DNA of 62,959 nucleotides, filler included, from Octopus bimaculoides (taxonomy: Eukaryota), in NCBI RefSeq assembly GCF_001194135.2. It is 7 parts of 7 records of this genome, joined end to end, with 100 filler letters (N's around TTAATTAATTAA, not from the genome) between each part and the next. Parts side by side here need not be neighbours in the genome. Positions count along the whole stretch, not along the records: positions 1 to 29,766 come from NC_068986.1; 6 more parts are not named here. One strand, written 5' to 3'. Numbering within the stretch: position 1 is the first letter of the stretch; each line of letters starts with the position of its first letter. Of this stretch, positions 14,521 to 27,287 are shown piece after piece. The notes below the pieces were generated by a model that was not told the DNA's origin, did no database searches, and saw nothing but the letters and a program-made list of their open reading frames with translations. Made by a program: the position numbers and the translations under genes.

Positions 14521-15109
14521 TAGAGCATACCTGTAAAGCAATGGCATGTGAGTATCGGTTAGTGACAATGTGCGAATCAGCCGAGTGTCCATTTTCTAGA
14601 TGCGATCCAGAATTTCCTTTCGGCGTAGCAACAGTAACCTTCCAGATGGGAAAGCGATACTTCACTTTTAGAAATGCTTCCCCTTTTTTATTTGTCAGCA
14701 GCTTTTGAGAGCTGATGTGTCTTATAATTCTAAAACGAAAAGTGTTATAATTGTGCAAAATGGTGGTATTGGTATTTGAAGAGAATGGGAAATTTAAGAG
14801 TAGTAGGTAATAATTAAAAGCCTAAACCTGAAAGGAATAAACAACAGTACTAGTTCAAACTTTTCCATTCAGCGACCAATAAACGAATATGTGTTCTTGA
14901 TTTATCTAAAACAAGAAATTCTAAAGTGTGTATAGAAAATATGATTCTAAATAAGTATGTGTGTGTGTGTAGGGGATGGTGAACGAGAGAGAGAGAGAGA
15001 GTGGCATCTACAGGTAGATATAAGAGGTATTCGGGCTATATTTGAATTATTCCATTAAAGGGAAAGACAAAGAGAAATGCATTTTAAAAAATATCAAAAT
15101 GTCTACTAG

Positions 15110-15500
15110 ATTATGGATAGGAAATTATAGATTACTCGAAATAGGCACCACGACTTCAAGACAGTTCCTCGCCTGTTCCTGAGAAGACTTTCCGACACCT
15201 TGATCTTGGGCACCAGCACAGCATTGGAGTTGCAGGCAGAGAGATAGCTATCTTTTTCAACCGCTTGGCACATAGAGGTATCCATGAGATTGCAATAGGA
15301 GGGATTTCGTGGACAGAAATTGGGGCTGGAGAAGTCATTATAATTCTCCAACAGCGACTTCTAATACTTTCCGGAGATATGGGATGGAGCCGAATCCTAC
15401 AATAATATTGATAGCCTTCCAGTAGCAAATCTTTCCAACTAAAAATTGAACACAATTTTCAACTGATTCGCAAAGACGTCTGTTTAGATTTGCTAGTGTT
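15110..15500 (-). mobile_element. Degenerate Tc1/mariner-superfamily (maT/DD37D-like) transposase C-terminal fragment
   Basis: Minus-strand DSAPSHISGK..ENYNDFSSPNFCPRNPSYCNLMD..AVEKDSYLSACNSNAVLVPKIK aligns by eye to QQDSAPCH..WPPNSPDCNPLDYYVW..VEKD, and to the copies at 46192 and 57329. Confidence 0.72.
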
Positions 15501-16700
15501 TTGCTGACTTTTAATACAATTATGAATGAATAAAGTGTCATTAATCTCTATTAGTTGAAATAATTTTTGATATCTTTAAATATGGAGGTGACTTATAAAC
15601 CCTGCATAAAGTCTTGTTTTCTTACGAATGTTTAATTGCCACTACTGTCCACCTTTGTGACTCTAAATAGGTGAAAATCGATCACCAGCGGATGATTTAT
15701 CGAACTCTTCTCCATAAACAATGTGTGTGTGCGTGCGCGCGCGCGTAGCTATATAGGCACCCGAAATGACATACCTCAGTTTCGCGGAATTGATCTATGA
15801 TCCGACCAATAAGCGTGAAGACAAGGCGGGATATGGTTTGCTCGGATGTTATAACTTTTAACCTCTTGTCATCGACGGGTGACTAATTTATGAATCACAA
15901 TATTAAGAGAGGCGGACTGATTCACAGCTCAACTGATTGATGACACCTGGCACTCGGGCGCGCGGATTCCGAATCTTGCGCAGACAGACCGATTCTAACG
16001 ATTCACAACTTTTCCTTTGAGTATTTGTTTACGGATTCGATGCAGTTCTGTTGCTCATCTCAGTCGGCCATTATATTGTTAATATATATTTTAAATAACC
16101 AACGCCAAATATATTAATCCATTAGCGATGAAAGCAGTCTGTGTAATAAATATTAATTTGTAACATCCAACTTAAATTGGATCCTTTGTTATAACACCAT
16201 TGGTTGCGTACACGTACTGAGACATTATCAATATTACACGAAAATAAAGATATCGGCAAACGAATTCTGTTAGCACTGGCGGAAGGGTAATAGGATCAAA
16301 TTATTTAATCTTATTTTAGCTTCGTCTGCAATGGGGTGGTATGCGCAAGTATATATTTGTATATGTGGGTGTGTGGACGCGCTCTTCTGCTTGTGCATGC
16401 TTGTCTGTATTGATGCGTGTGTGCACATCTGTACATGGGCGCGCACAAGACTCCCACGCCCACGCACACGCATATAAATATGTATATATACAAATAAATG
16501 CACATGGACGGTCGCACACATATACACTCGCAGGTACACATGCAGACACATGCACTCACACACACACACACAAATACACACGTGCCCACATGCTTATTCA
16601 TTCATATGCACAATGCATGCATGCATATATGCGTGCAACCATATTAGTGTGCGTACGCACATGTGCACCCTCGCCTGTGCACATGCATGTTTATACGTAC

Positions 16701-16976
16701 GCATAACATGGTGTTGCTAAGTGTTGTGAATTCGTAAGTGCTGGGGATTGATAAGCGTTGGGGATGGGTAAACGATGAGGACTGGTAACCCTCATCGGAG
16801 TCCTGCTCATGGGGTTGGTTGGTGACGTGACCTTCGTGCAGACTTGCAGCTGATAGTAAGATGGTATATCCTGGCCGACCCACACAATCTACGACACAAG
16901 ATGTACGTGAGATCATGTTCGATATTACATTGGTGGACTTCGAAGAATCCGCGACGCCACTTTTGACCGGGGAAGC
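16701..16976 (-). CDS. Candidate internal exon (276 nt, phase 0-0), Ser/Thr-rich peptide of unknown identity
   Basis: Open frame ASPVKSGVADSSKSTNVISNMISRTSCVVDCVGRPGYTILLSAASLHEGHVTNQPHEQDSDEGYQSSSFTHPQRLSIPSTYEFTTLSNTMLC bounded by CAG| and |GTACGT at codon boundaries. Non-repetitive and GC-richer than the flanks. No homology recognised; polypyrimidine tract weak. Confidence 0.28.
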
Positions 16977-19704
16977 CTGCTTTGAGTAGCAGAGACCATC
17001 ATATTCTCACACGAAAGATGTTCTTTTGTGCCCTCTCGGGTAGGGTTTTCATATCTTCGATATATTCCCTAGTGCGCTTATATTCAGTGTATGTAACCCT
17101 AATTTTCTCCAATTCTTCAACCCAGTAGCAATCTGAATCCTCCACAACGACTATATGTACATACACGCATAAACAGTTCCTGCCTTAGGGATATTATGAT
17201 ATTACGATACAAAATACACCATTTAGACTACTCTAAATGTTACAGGCACGGTGAACTGCATTAAAATTTTAATAATTACACAATCTGAAATCGTATTTAT
17301 TTTATTCGGAGGACAACAATAACTCTCGGTATCACCGTCAATCCTTGCTTTCTGTACGTCACCAATTAAGCCTACTGTTTCCATACATTGCACCATATTT
17401 TAAGCATATATCTGCAGGAACTTCCTCACTCCGCCACCCTATCAGTGACTGGACGGTTGTCCTACTAAATATAATCGAACATTACTTACTCTTCAATTTG
17501 ACTTAACTTCTCTGTCATCATTCACATCTTTGCCTCCATTTTAATAAAACAGGTGTCATTTGCAGACGAACAACATTAGACGTTGTTTGTATTCTACAGT
17601 AACATTAGTTGGTGTGAATTTCTTAACTCTCACATAAATATTCGATTTAACTACTACCATGTGAGATGCACAACACAAATTTCATTCACATTGGCACGAA
17701 ATTGACACGAATGAGGCGCTCAAACTGATGAGAGAGAAGCGATGGAAAACGAATTTGGAATGAGATTGTAATGAACATTTGATATCTTAGAAAATTTTAG
17801 TCATATGTCAAAAACAATAATTATTGCACCTTGTATCTTGAATAGAATATTTCACACTAAAGAGAAAATTAGATGAAGTTCCGAAACACTAATATACTGT
17901 TAAATGTCCAGATATTGTGATTTCAAAGATCGGAAGAGATCTTAAAATGGAACGATTGTTGTGAGTGCAGATTGAACATCACACCGGAAGTAATGTGCTG
18001 TTAAACATGACGTCTATTGAAGCAAATGGGAAATTACATATTGAAATTTTCAGAAAATTATAGGAGGAACATCTGATTAAACACCCTTTCATCCTAGTAA
18101 ATTATAGTTTCAGTTGTTTAAGGAACTCTTAATTTAGACAGTAACAAAATGGCCTGTGAAACTTAATAATATGGATATTGCTGTTAATTATGGGTTTTAA
18201 AGACGATGTGCAACAGAGTAAATGTGCAATAATGATATAACTTACTTTATTAGAAGTGAACGGTTGCTAAGAGTTTCATTTGACGTTAACGGATTCAGCT
18301 TCAGCTTTTAAAAACGTAAAAATTGGAAATATACTGCTTCGGAGGAGGTTGTCTTTTACCCTTCTATTTCGTACCGAAAAGTCAAACGAATTATGAACAG
18401 GCTAATCTTAATACGTATGTCATCTAATGTACAAATACGAGTGTTTAGAGAGCTAAGAAAAGTTTTAATGAATTGTTTCAAACGAATATATCCTGTTCTA
18501 CAAGTATGAATCCTACTAGCGTATTATCTCCGGCAAAACATCTCTCATTTTAGAAAAAAAGGCAGGCGATTCAATGAATTTAAGAGTTTATTCTGTTCAC
18601 GTGATAGTGGAATATAACTGCAGGAACGCAACTTTACTCCAACAAATATAGCAATATGTGCTTGGTAAATGATGTGAATTCCGAAGCGACTCATAAAAAG
18701 GATTAATGGAAAGGATTAACATAGTATTATCAACTTGTAAAGAAAGACAGCATATATAGAGTAGAAAATTATTCCTAGAGTAGAAACCATCCCCTAAGAA
18801 TGGCGTTGAGTGGAACATCTATTACACACGTTGTGTGTAATTTTAATGCGTTTTAACTAGCGAAATTCTACATCAAGCTTAGCTAATCAATAACGTTAGC
18901 ATTCAGCAGATATTCTCTAATGATGATTTTAATTGTTAACGTAACATAAGTATATCTGAAAGTGTTCACAAAGAGGTGATTTCCGGCACTGAAACCTAGA
19001 ATAAGGTAGTACCTCGTAAACCGCCGTCATAGGGTTCATCACCTCGTGAAAAAGGTGGGGATAATGATGATCTACAGAAACTCAGCTTTATATGTCCAAT
19101 GACATCTCTAGTTAATCAGTCTTCTACGTATGTTCGAACGAAAGACAACGACATTCATATTGATGGGCTTTCTGGTCTGATGATTTGTTCATATAAATAC
19201 AAATACACACGCACAAGTATAATGCATGCGTGCAATGCAATCAGTCAATGGTTCAGAGAATTCGGTAGTAATTTTAGAAAACGGCAAGTCATTTGAAAAT
19301 CCATGAAGATGCACATGTGAAGAATGAGCTGTGTAATTGAAGAATGAGAGTATAATTCTCATGAACAGTAGGGACAGAATTTACCTCCTTTGAGATAAGG
19401 CTTAGATAGTAAAGAGAGCAGAAGGAATACTATGTATGCGAGGGAGTATCGAGAGGTTAAAGCAGCGGTGTTGTTAACTAGATCACATTGAAGAGAGGAA
19501 AATACGTCTTATTCAAATCTATCAGTCAAAACGGTAAGCCGAAAGGTTAACGATTGTGAGTGAGCGTGATACATGCATATGTGCATGAGAGCAATCGATT
19601 GGGAAATGCTCATTTTAGGAATCTAGGGGTATGTGTATATTTTGTGAGTTTGAAATGTGTAGATGTAAGTATTAAATTTCGTGTATGTGATGAAGAGTAT
19701 GTCA

Positions 19705-19740
<36 letters not shown>

Positions 19741-20037
19741 CTAATTTAGAGACGAACCACCGAGTTCTTCATTGACTGTGTTGTTGAATGGTGGTTCGTC
19801 TCTAAGTTTCTTATTTGTATATATTATATATTACGAAGTTCGATGTTCGATCTAATATTATTATACTGAATTTTACCTGTAAGGTTGGAATAATAATTTG
19901 TTCCCCAATNNNNNNNNNNNNNNNNNNNNNNNNNNNNNNNNNNNNNNNNNNNNNNNNNNNNNNNNNNNNNNNNNNNNNNNTATATATATATATATATCAA
20001 GAGAGAGAGAGAGATACAAACAAACAGACACACAGAC

Positions 20038-20103
<66 letters not shown>
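20038..20103. repeat. (GATA)n microsatellite
   Basis: Visible run. Confidence 0.96.
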
Positions 20104-20104
<1 letters not shown>

Positions 20105-20232
20105 ATGAGCTCCCACATAGTTTCTGTCCCTGCAATTCACTCGGCGTGGAGATACAGTAGAAGTCACATGGTGCGTAAGTTGTTCGGGAGTGGGACAGAA
20201 TCCGAAATCACGTGGTTGGAAAGCAGGCATTC
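20105..20232 (-). mobile_element. Degenerate SINE head (family of the 9255 copy)
   Basis: Reverse complement ..CCAACCACGTGATTTCGGATTCTGTCCCACT..GTGACTTCTACTGTATC aligns to 9290-9355. Confidence 0.6.
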
Positions 20233-20956
20233 TAGCCATAGTGTTACGTATATTTACAAATTTTAATGCGATATATTCATGCTAGTGTCTGCAACAAATG
20301 TAAAGAAAACTAAATAGTGGAATAAGATTCATATTTCAAAACCTAATCACGTACTGTCCTGTATTTTTATATTTGCGGTTCATGCCAACATTCATTTTGC
20401 AGGAAGAATACTCGGTATTAGAAATTCAAGGTAATCAACCGAATAACGTCCACCAAATCGTTTCAATCGATAACATTTCGTAATACCAACTCAATCAACC
20501 ATAACCCATTATTTATCCTCATTATTCTTCATTATATGACTGAAATACAACACAAAAGAATATAGCTTTCTTAATGTAGTAACTAATAATAAGTAAGAGA
20601 CTGTTTAGTAATGTTGTGTAGAAGAGACTAATCGCTGTTTGGTATTGATAAAAAATGGTAATTTATTAGCATACATCTGCCAGAAATCCATAAAACGTCG
20701 TAGAATCAAGAATAATAGATTGGAATGAATAGATACGTCTTTAACGAAATGTTAGTTTCAACGACATAGAAATACTTCGACCCTCATCTTATAATTTCTC
20801 GATATTACGTAAATTCATGATTATTCAATAAAAATTATTAATATAACATATATAGTACTGCAAGTAGTAATAGCTAAATTTCTTGATGTGTGACCAACAT
20901 GAATATACACACTGATAAATACATATACACATGTATGTAAGCACATGTGTCTGTTA

Positions 20957-21013
<57 letters not shown>

Positions 21014-22706
21014 CGCAGAATTTAGGTTAGTTGAAATATGTGTGTGACACGTTTCCACTGCTAAATGATGTACCTCATACAGGCAACTCTGAAGGAATTT
21101 AGAAAGCTAAAGCTTTATGCATTTTTAAGTCAAAACATTGACTGGTTTACGCCAGTAGAACGTCTATATGCGGTAAACAACGAAGCACGAAGTAGAGTTT
21201 ATGTATTAGCAGAATTGAGGTTAGCTGAAGTATGTTTGAGACACGTTTGAACTTCTAAAAGGCAAACACACTGCAGTTACCGCTGATAATGAATCTCTCG
21301 TATGGTAAAAAAAAAAAAGGTGTGGAAACACCGGTTCATTCAGTGTCGGCGTCTATTAGGAATCTCAGACATCGCTTTATTGAAGTACTTGAATTGTTTG
21401 ATAGAGTAATAATGTAAGGGTAAGGTAGGTGATATTTTGCTAAATTTTAAAAGCAGAAAATCCATGGATGTGAAATGACAAAGTGAATGCAGGAAAATGG
21501 CAATGCCATCGGTAACATACTCACAAACATGATTTTCGGGTCTCCTGGAAAAGGTGATAACAGTAATTATTACAAAGAAATAGTAGAGAAAGAATAATGG
21601 AGGTACAAATTAAAGCGGAAACTGATATTTGAAAAAAGGAAATAGAGATGAAAGAAAAAGAAATGAGATAAAGACTCAAGAATGCATGAAAGTAAAGGGA
21701 GAAATACAGAAAGAATGAGTAAAAACAGAGTTTGTAAATTGTGTCCAGCAAATAAATGTGTGAGTTCTTTGTGTTGGCACAATAAGACGACGATCATTAA
21801 AAAAAAAAAAAAGCGTGCTACGTAGGAACAAGTCATAAATTGTAGTCACGTATACGCACACACAGGCATACATAAGCCAATAAGTCACCAACTTTACATT
21901 CACGACAGTGACAACAAACAAGCACACAAATATACTCCTACATAGACGCATACGTGTTGTGTATGTGAATTTATGTTATTTTCCAACAACTCTTTCACGC
22001 CACTCACAAGTATTTCTTTTCGTATAATGAGTTATATGAAATATTTCCCATTCTATAGAAAGCAAATGACGTCTCTTACAAACGCATGACAAAGAAAAGA
22101 TGAATTAAAAGGAGAAATGTATAATAAAACAAACACTTCGGGAGACATGATGTTTGACCTGATGACGCTTAGTAGCAAGTACATCAGGACACACCTTAGA
22201 TAACATGCACAACAGAAAGAATAAAAATATCTCTAGGCCCCGAAAGGATTTTTTTAATTAAAATTAAACACATTCCATTGCATTCGTTTAAAGTAAAGGG
22301 TAAGTAGACACAGGTGATTCTGTGTCTATTTAAGTAGCTAAAATTGGCTCTCAATGTAATTGTTTCATGTTTTCTCACTTTCATTGTGTATTTCATGTTT
22401 TTGTTTGTTTATCTATTTTGTAATCATAACATAATAATTTCTAAAATAGTTCGTTTCTAAACAATACATGCGAATTGACGATGGTGGATATGATTAAGAC
22501 TTTTCTTCTTCATATATTTTTTTGAAATCCAAAAGAAGCTCTGTGCGTAACTTCCATGACTTTAGATTGTGTTTTTGCATTATTTCCACCAAATGAAATT
22601 GGCATATACAGTTGGCTTTCTCTTCTAAATATATTATTCACACACATCTTTACTCTGGAAGAGTCCAACTACCTAGAAAGTGTCGTACACAGTTATTTGG
22701 TATATA

Positions 22707-22858
22707 CTAGGATGTGTTGAAATGTTCCTCGCTTTTGGTAAAAATGTAGGAGAGTCAATCATGATTTTAATCAGTATATTCCAAACTGAGATTCACACAC
22801 TTTTTGCAGCAGTCTTTCGCGATATTCTTAAAGCCAGGAACTTTTCAGTACCACCCCG
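22707..22858. mobile_element. Degenerate mariner-derived MITE
   Basis: TA on both sides (22705-06, 22859-60). Imperfect TIRs CTAGGATGTGTTGAAATGTTCCTCGCTTT and AAAGCCAGGAACTTTTCAGTACCACCCCG, about 21/29 matching by eye. Confidence 0.62.
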
Positions 22859-23414
22859 TAAGCATAATGTGTATATGCATAAACGAACATAAAAATGAAC
22901 TTCGCTTTATTCTATGCTTTGTAGCTGAAACGTATTTCCTTTTGCCATCAGTAAAATGCCCAGACAGCTCAAGGTAGTGTAGTGTTTGTTTTTGAAAACC
23001 TAATTTATCCTGAATATCTAGTGTGAAATGGCACACATTCACGTGATGCCGTATTCTTATGGTTTTTTGTTTTTTTTTTTAAATATAAGAATCTCCTGAG
23101 TGCGAATTGCACTTGCGGAAATTCTCCTTCTGAGGAACATTATCACACTAGCTACATAGTCAAACACGTAACGAAACAAACTCACACGAACGCGTGCACA
23201 CACAAACACACACTTACGCATATACACATATATGTAATCACGTATAGATATGTATGTATATATGTGCGCGTGCGTGTCCTTGGTGTGTGCACAAATGTAT
23301 ATAGATGTATATCTCTATATGTGTATACATGCAGTTATATAGGAGCAGGATTATAATAAAATACAAGCTTACAAGGACAAGATCTGGAGAAGATCTTCAC
23401 CTTGTAAGCTTGTA

Positions 23415-23415
<1 letters not shown>

Positions 23416-23478
<63 letters not shown>

Positions 23479-23479
23479 G

Positions 23480-23522
<43 letters not shown>

Positions 23523-23889
23523 TACTACTACTACTACTACTACTATNNNNNNNNNNNNNNNNNNNNNNNNNNNNNNNNNNNNNNNNNNNNNNNNNNNNNN
23601 NNNNNNNNNNNNNNNNNNNNNNNNNNNNNNNNNNNNNNNNNNNNNNNNNNNNNNNNNNNNNNNNNNNNNNNNNNNNNNNNNNNNNNNNNNNNNNNNNNNN
23701 NNNNNNNNNNNNNNNNNNNNNNNNNNNNNNNNNNNNNNNNNNNNNNNNNNNNNNNNNNNNNNNNNNNNNNNNNNNNNNNNNNNNNNNNNNNNNNNNNNNN
23801 NNNNNNNNNNNNNNNNNNNNNNNNNNNNNNNNNNNNNNNNNNNNNNNNNNNNNNNNNNNNNNNNNNNNNNNNNNNNNNNNNNNNNNNNN

Positions 23890-23946
<57 letters not shown>

Positions 23947-23958
23947 TACTACTACTAC

Positions 23959-24012
<54 letters not shown>
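23416..24012. repeat. (TAT)n/(TAC)n microsatellite spanning an N gap
   Basis: Visible runs on both sides of the gap. Confidence 0.95.
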
Positions 24013-24013
<1 letters not shown>

Positions 24014-25281
24014 TCTCAACTAAATATCCTTTACCTTGTTTTACCATTAATTTGCGTTAATATCCGTATATTAATATAATATATTACAAGGCTATGATGC
24101 TTTATTTATTTATTATATTTACATTCTTCGCTTCAAATTAGAATGTTATTATTTTTTTCCTTAAGGAGAAATTATTATATATGATGAACTCTCTGGATTA
24201 TCTCCTTTCCTCCACATTTGGATTAGCTTATAGCTTACGGCTTTGGTTTACTTTACTGTGATCCATTTCGCCTCCCCCTATTTTAATAATTTAATTTAAA
24301 CCTTTAGCATAGCGTTTACAGCCCCCTCCCGTTATAACTCTATGTAAACCAGTGTTCTTGCTTCTAACGGTCACTCGCTTGGTCATATAATATTATAACT
24401 CGTAAGTAACCTTATCATTTCGCATTTGTCTTGCTTCTGTATGTTGGTTCCCTGACGATGAATATATGTGCAATTTCAGCACCTCTTGCTCCTTTGGAGT
24501 AGAGTGCACATATATTTTGAAATATATGTAGGAATTAAAGGAACGTTTGTTTATATGCGTTTTCCTCCACTTATTATTATTGTTATTATTATTATTATTA
24601 TTATTGTATATATATATATATATATATATNNNNNNNNNNNNNNNNNNNNNNNNNNNNNNNNNNNNNNNNNNNNNNNNNNNNNNNNNNNNNNNNNNNNNNN
24701 NNNNNNNNNNNNNNNNNNNNNNNNNNNNNNNNNNNNNNNNNNNNNNNNNNNNNNNNNNNNNNNNNNNNNNNNNNNNNNNNNNNNNNNNNNNNNNNNNNNN
24801 NNNNNNNNNNNNNNNNNNNNNNNNNNNNNNNNNNNNNNNNNNNNNNNNNNNNNNNNNNNNNNNNNNNNNNNNNNNNNNNNNNNNNNNNNNNNNNNNNNNN
24901 NNNNNNNNNNNNNNNNNNNNNNNNNNNNNNNNNNNNNNNNNNNNNNNNNNNNNNNNNNNNNNNNNNNNNNNNNNNNNNNNNNNNNNNNNNNNNNNNNNNN
25001 NNNNNNNNNNNNNNNNNNNNNNNNNNNNNNNNNNNNNNNNNNNNNNNNNNNNNNNNNNNNNNNNNNNNNNNNNNNNNNNNNNNNNNNNNNNNNNNNNNNN
25101 NNNNNNNNNNNNNNNNNNNNNNNNNNNNNNNNNNNNNNNNNNNNNNNNNNNNNNNNNNNNNNNNNNNNNNNNNNNNNNNNNNNNNNNNNNNNNNNNNNNN
25201 NNNNNNNNNNNNNNNNNNNNNNNNNNNNNNNNNNNNNNNNNNNNNNNTATATATATATACATACATACACACACAAACATG

Positions 25282-25325
<44 letters not shown>

Positions 25326-25719
25326 GTATATGCATATATGTATATATACATACATACACGCACAAACATACATACATACATACATACATATATCTATATA
25401 TTTATATATACGTCAAATATTCATTTCTATAAATGTTCTTAGAAATCATTGTGCTTTCTATGTTTGAGAATTTTTAAATTATATTACATTCAATAACTTA
25501 ACTATGTTTAAATATAATTTTCTGAGTTGAAAAGTGAGGGGGACGTCTGCTCAACTTCGCTGTGTTTATTTTTATATGATTTTGACCTTTGTAATACTAA
25601 ACAGTATTTGAATATATTTCCATAAATTCAATTCAAATTTATCAGGATAGTTTGTATTTCACTGATTATCACTACAATATCTGTATAAGGACATCTCAAT
25701 ATTATATTGTATTATAACT

Positions 25720-25930
25720 GCGGTGAGTTAGTAAAATCGTTGCCACAACAGGATACATGATTATCTACATTCCTACCGACGCTACGTTCGGAGTTCAAAC
25801 GCCACCAGTGGCAACTTTGCCTTTCATCTTTTCCGGGTGGATAAAATAAGTACTATTGGAGAACTGGGGCTGATGTAATCGACTTACTCATTCCCCGAAA
25901 ATACTAAGCCTTGTGCCAAACGTTGAAATT
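25720..25930 (+). mobile_element. Degenerate SINE (second family)
   Basis: GCGGTGAG..GGAGTTCAAA..CTTTGCCTTTCATC..GGATAAAATAAGTAC..GATGTAATCGACTTA. Confidence 0.75.
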
Positions 25931-26869
25931 AATATTACACACCGTTTGAAGATGAATGGGCGAAAATAACCATTCATAGTTTCTAATGGAACGAAAATGG
26001 ACATTTTCGAACAGAAATAAATACAATCTCTTTCCTTTACTCCTCCTCTCTCTCTTTCTCCCCCTCTCTCTCTCTCTCTCTCTGTACATGTGTGTTCGTG
26101 TGTGTGTGTATGCATGTATGTGTCTGATGGTTGCCTGGTCTTTTCAGATGACAGCCGTCTCTCATTCTGTCTGAATTATTCTAATTTACTTTCATACTGG
26201 AATGTACGCTTTACACGTAACTATGCATCCATGGTAGTGGACTATATAGAATACAAAAATGGATATAAATCGATTTTTTCTATTCGAAAATTAAAGAAAA
26301 GACACCTCTGTCTCATTAAATTCATGCGACAAATGCTTGTAGAACACATTTGCCACTATCTTGGTTGCCATAGTAGGCTCCAGTGACGAGAATTACAATA
26401 TGACTACCATTACGTAGCTGCATATTGCAAACATCATTCTCCTAGAAGAGCTGCTCTCCCCACAATTTTGTCAAAAGTAATTTCCACTGCGCATGGGAAA
26501 TAATTTAATCCCATCTTTGTAACCCTAGCAGTTACAACCATTCTGGATCAAACTAGATCTCGGAGTAATTGTCATTTGGGAGTGACTCCATGTTGCCTAC
26601 AACTCCAGAACGCCAGAAATACATCATCACTGAAGTTTCACCAACGGTTATATAAGTACATTTATGCTTTTCGCGATCTTCAGATTTAAGTAGTAGAGGC
26701 TAGCTTTACAGACTGATGTGCAACAGGATCTACTATTGTAAACCACATGTGTATGCTAAAGATAACACGACATAAACGTGAATGAGGAAAGCATGAAAAC
26801 ATTTGTACCATTGTGGCATATAATATTTTAGAATTAGAAAAACTACAAAATTAACAGACGAAAAATCAC

Positions 26870-27060
26870 CCCTGGTTGCTTCCTTCAAAAGAACTTTTAA
26901 GTCTTTTTTCCTTCTTGTACGACTTAACGCCACATAAAGATGGCCGTGACTAAATACGGGAGCTGGCAAGTGAATACGTACTTTCTCTAAGCGGCGTTTC
27001 TTTTCAATTTCGCTTTTTATTACTGAAACTAACCTAAACTCTGGTTGTATTTTGAGATGT
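26870..27060 (-). mobile_element. PIF1-type helicase C-terminal fragment, most likely a Helitron remnant
   Basis: LEKVRIHLPAPVFSHGHLYVALSRTRRKKDLKVLL matches the PIF1/RepHel motif LEKVG.YL..PVFSHGQLYVALSR. The upstream motif (TINKSQG) is degenerate; no other helicase motifs are nearby. Confidence 0.72.
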
Positions 27061-27243
27061 GACACCGATCAGCATTTGCTACTGAAAGAACGCTGCTTCA
27101 CACATACAAACCTTCACATACCTCCCTTGTATACGTACATACATACACATATATATATATATACACACAGAGAGTTGAAACGCTGTTTGATTTTTCTTCT
27201 CAGCGTAGCATGTTCACCATCCCACTTCCATTGCACACACACG

Positions 27244-27287
<44 letters not shown>

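Noticed and set aside
17300-17560. Possible LINE endonuclease remnant (minus-strand DR..GGGV..IY..DTES)
   Set aside because: Only scattered short motifs among many stops.
17800-18080. Possible Tc1 remnant (GKLHIEI..EEHL)
   Set aside because: No catalytic motifs or TIRs could be aligned.
22145-22192. Small hairpin CCTGATG..CATCAGG with a TGATGA (C-box-like) motif
   Set aside because: Too short for a pre-miRNA, and no D box is positioned for a snoRNA.
26400-26700. Coding-like minus-strand stretch next to the helicase fragment
   Set aside because: Multiple stops and no family motif recognised.
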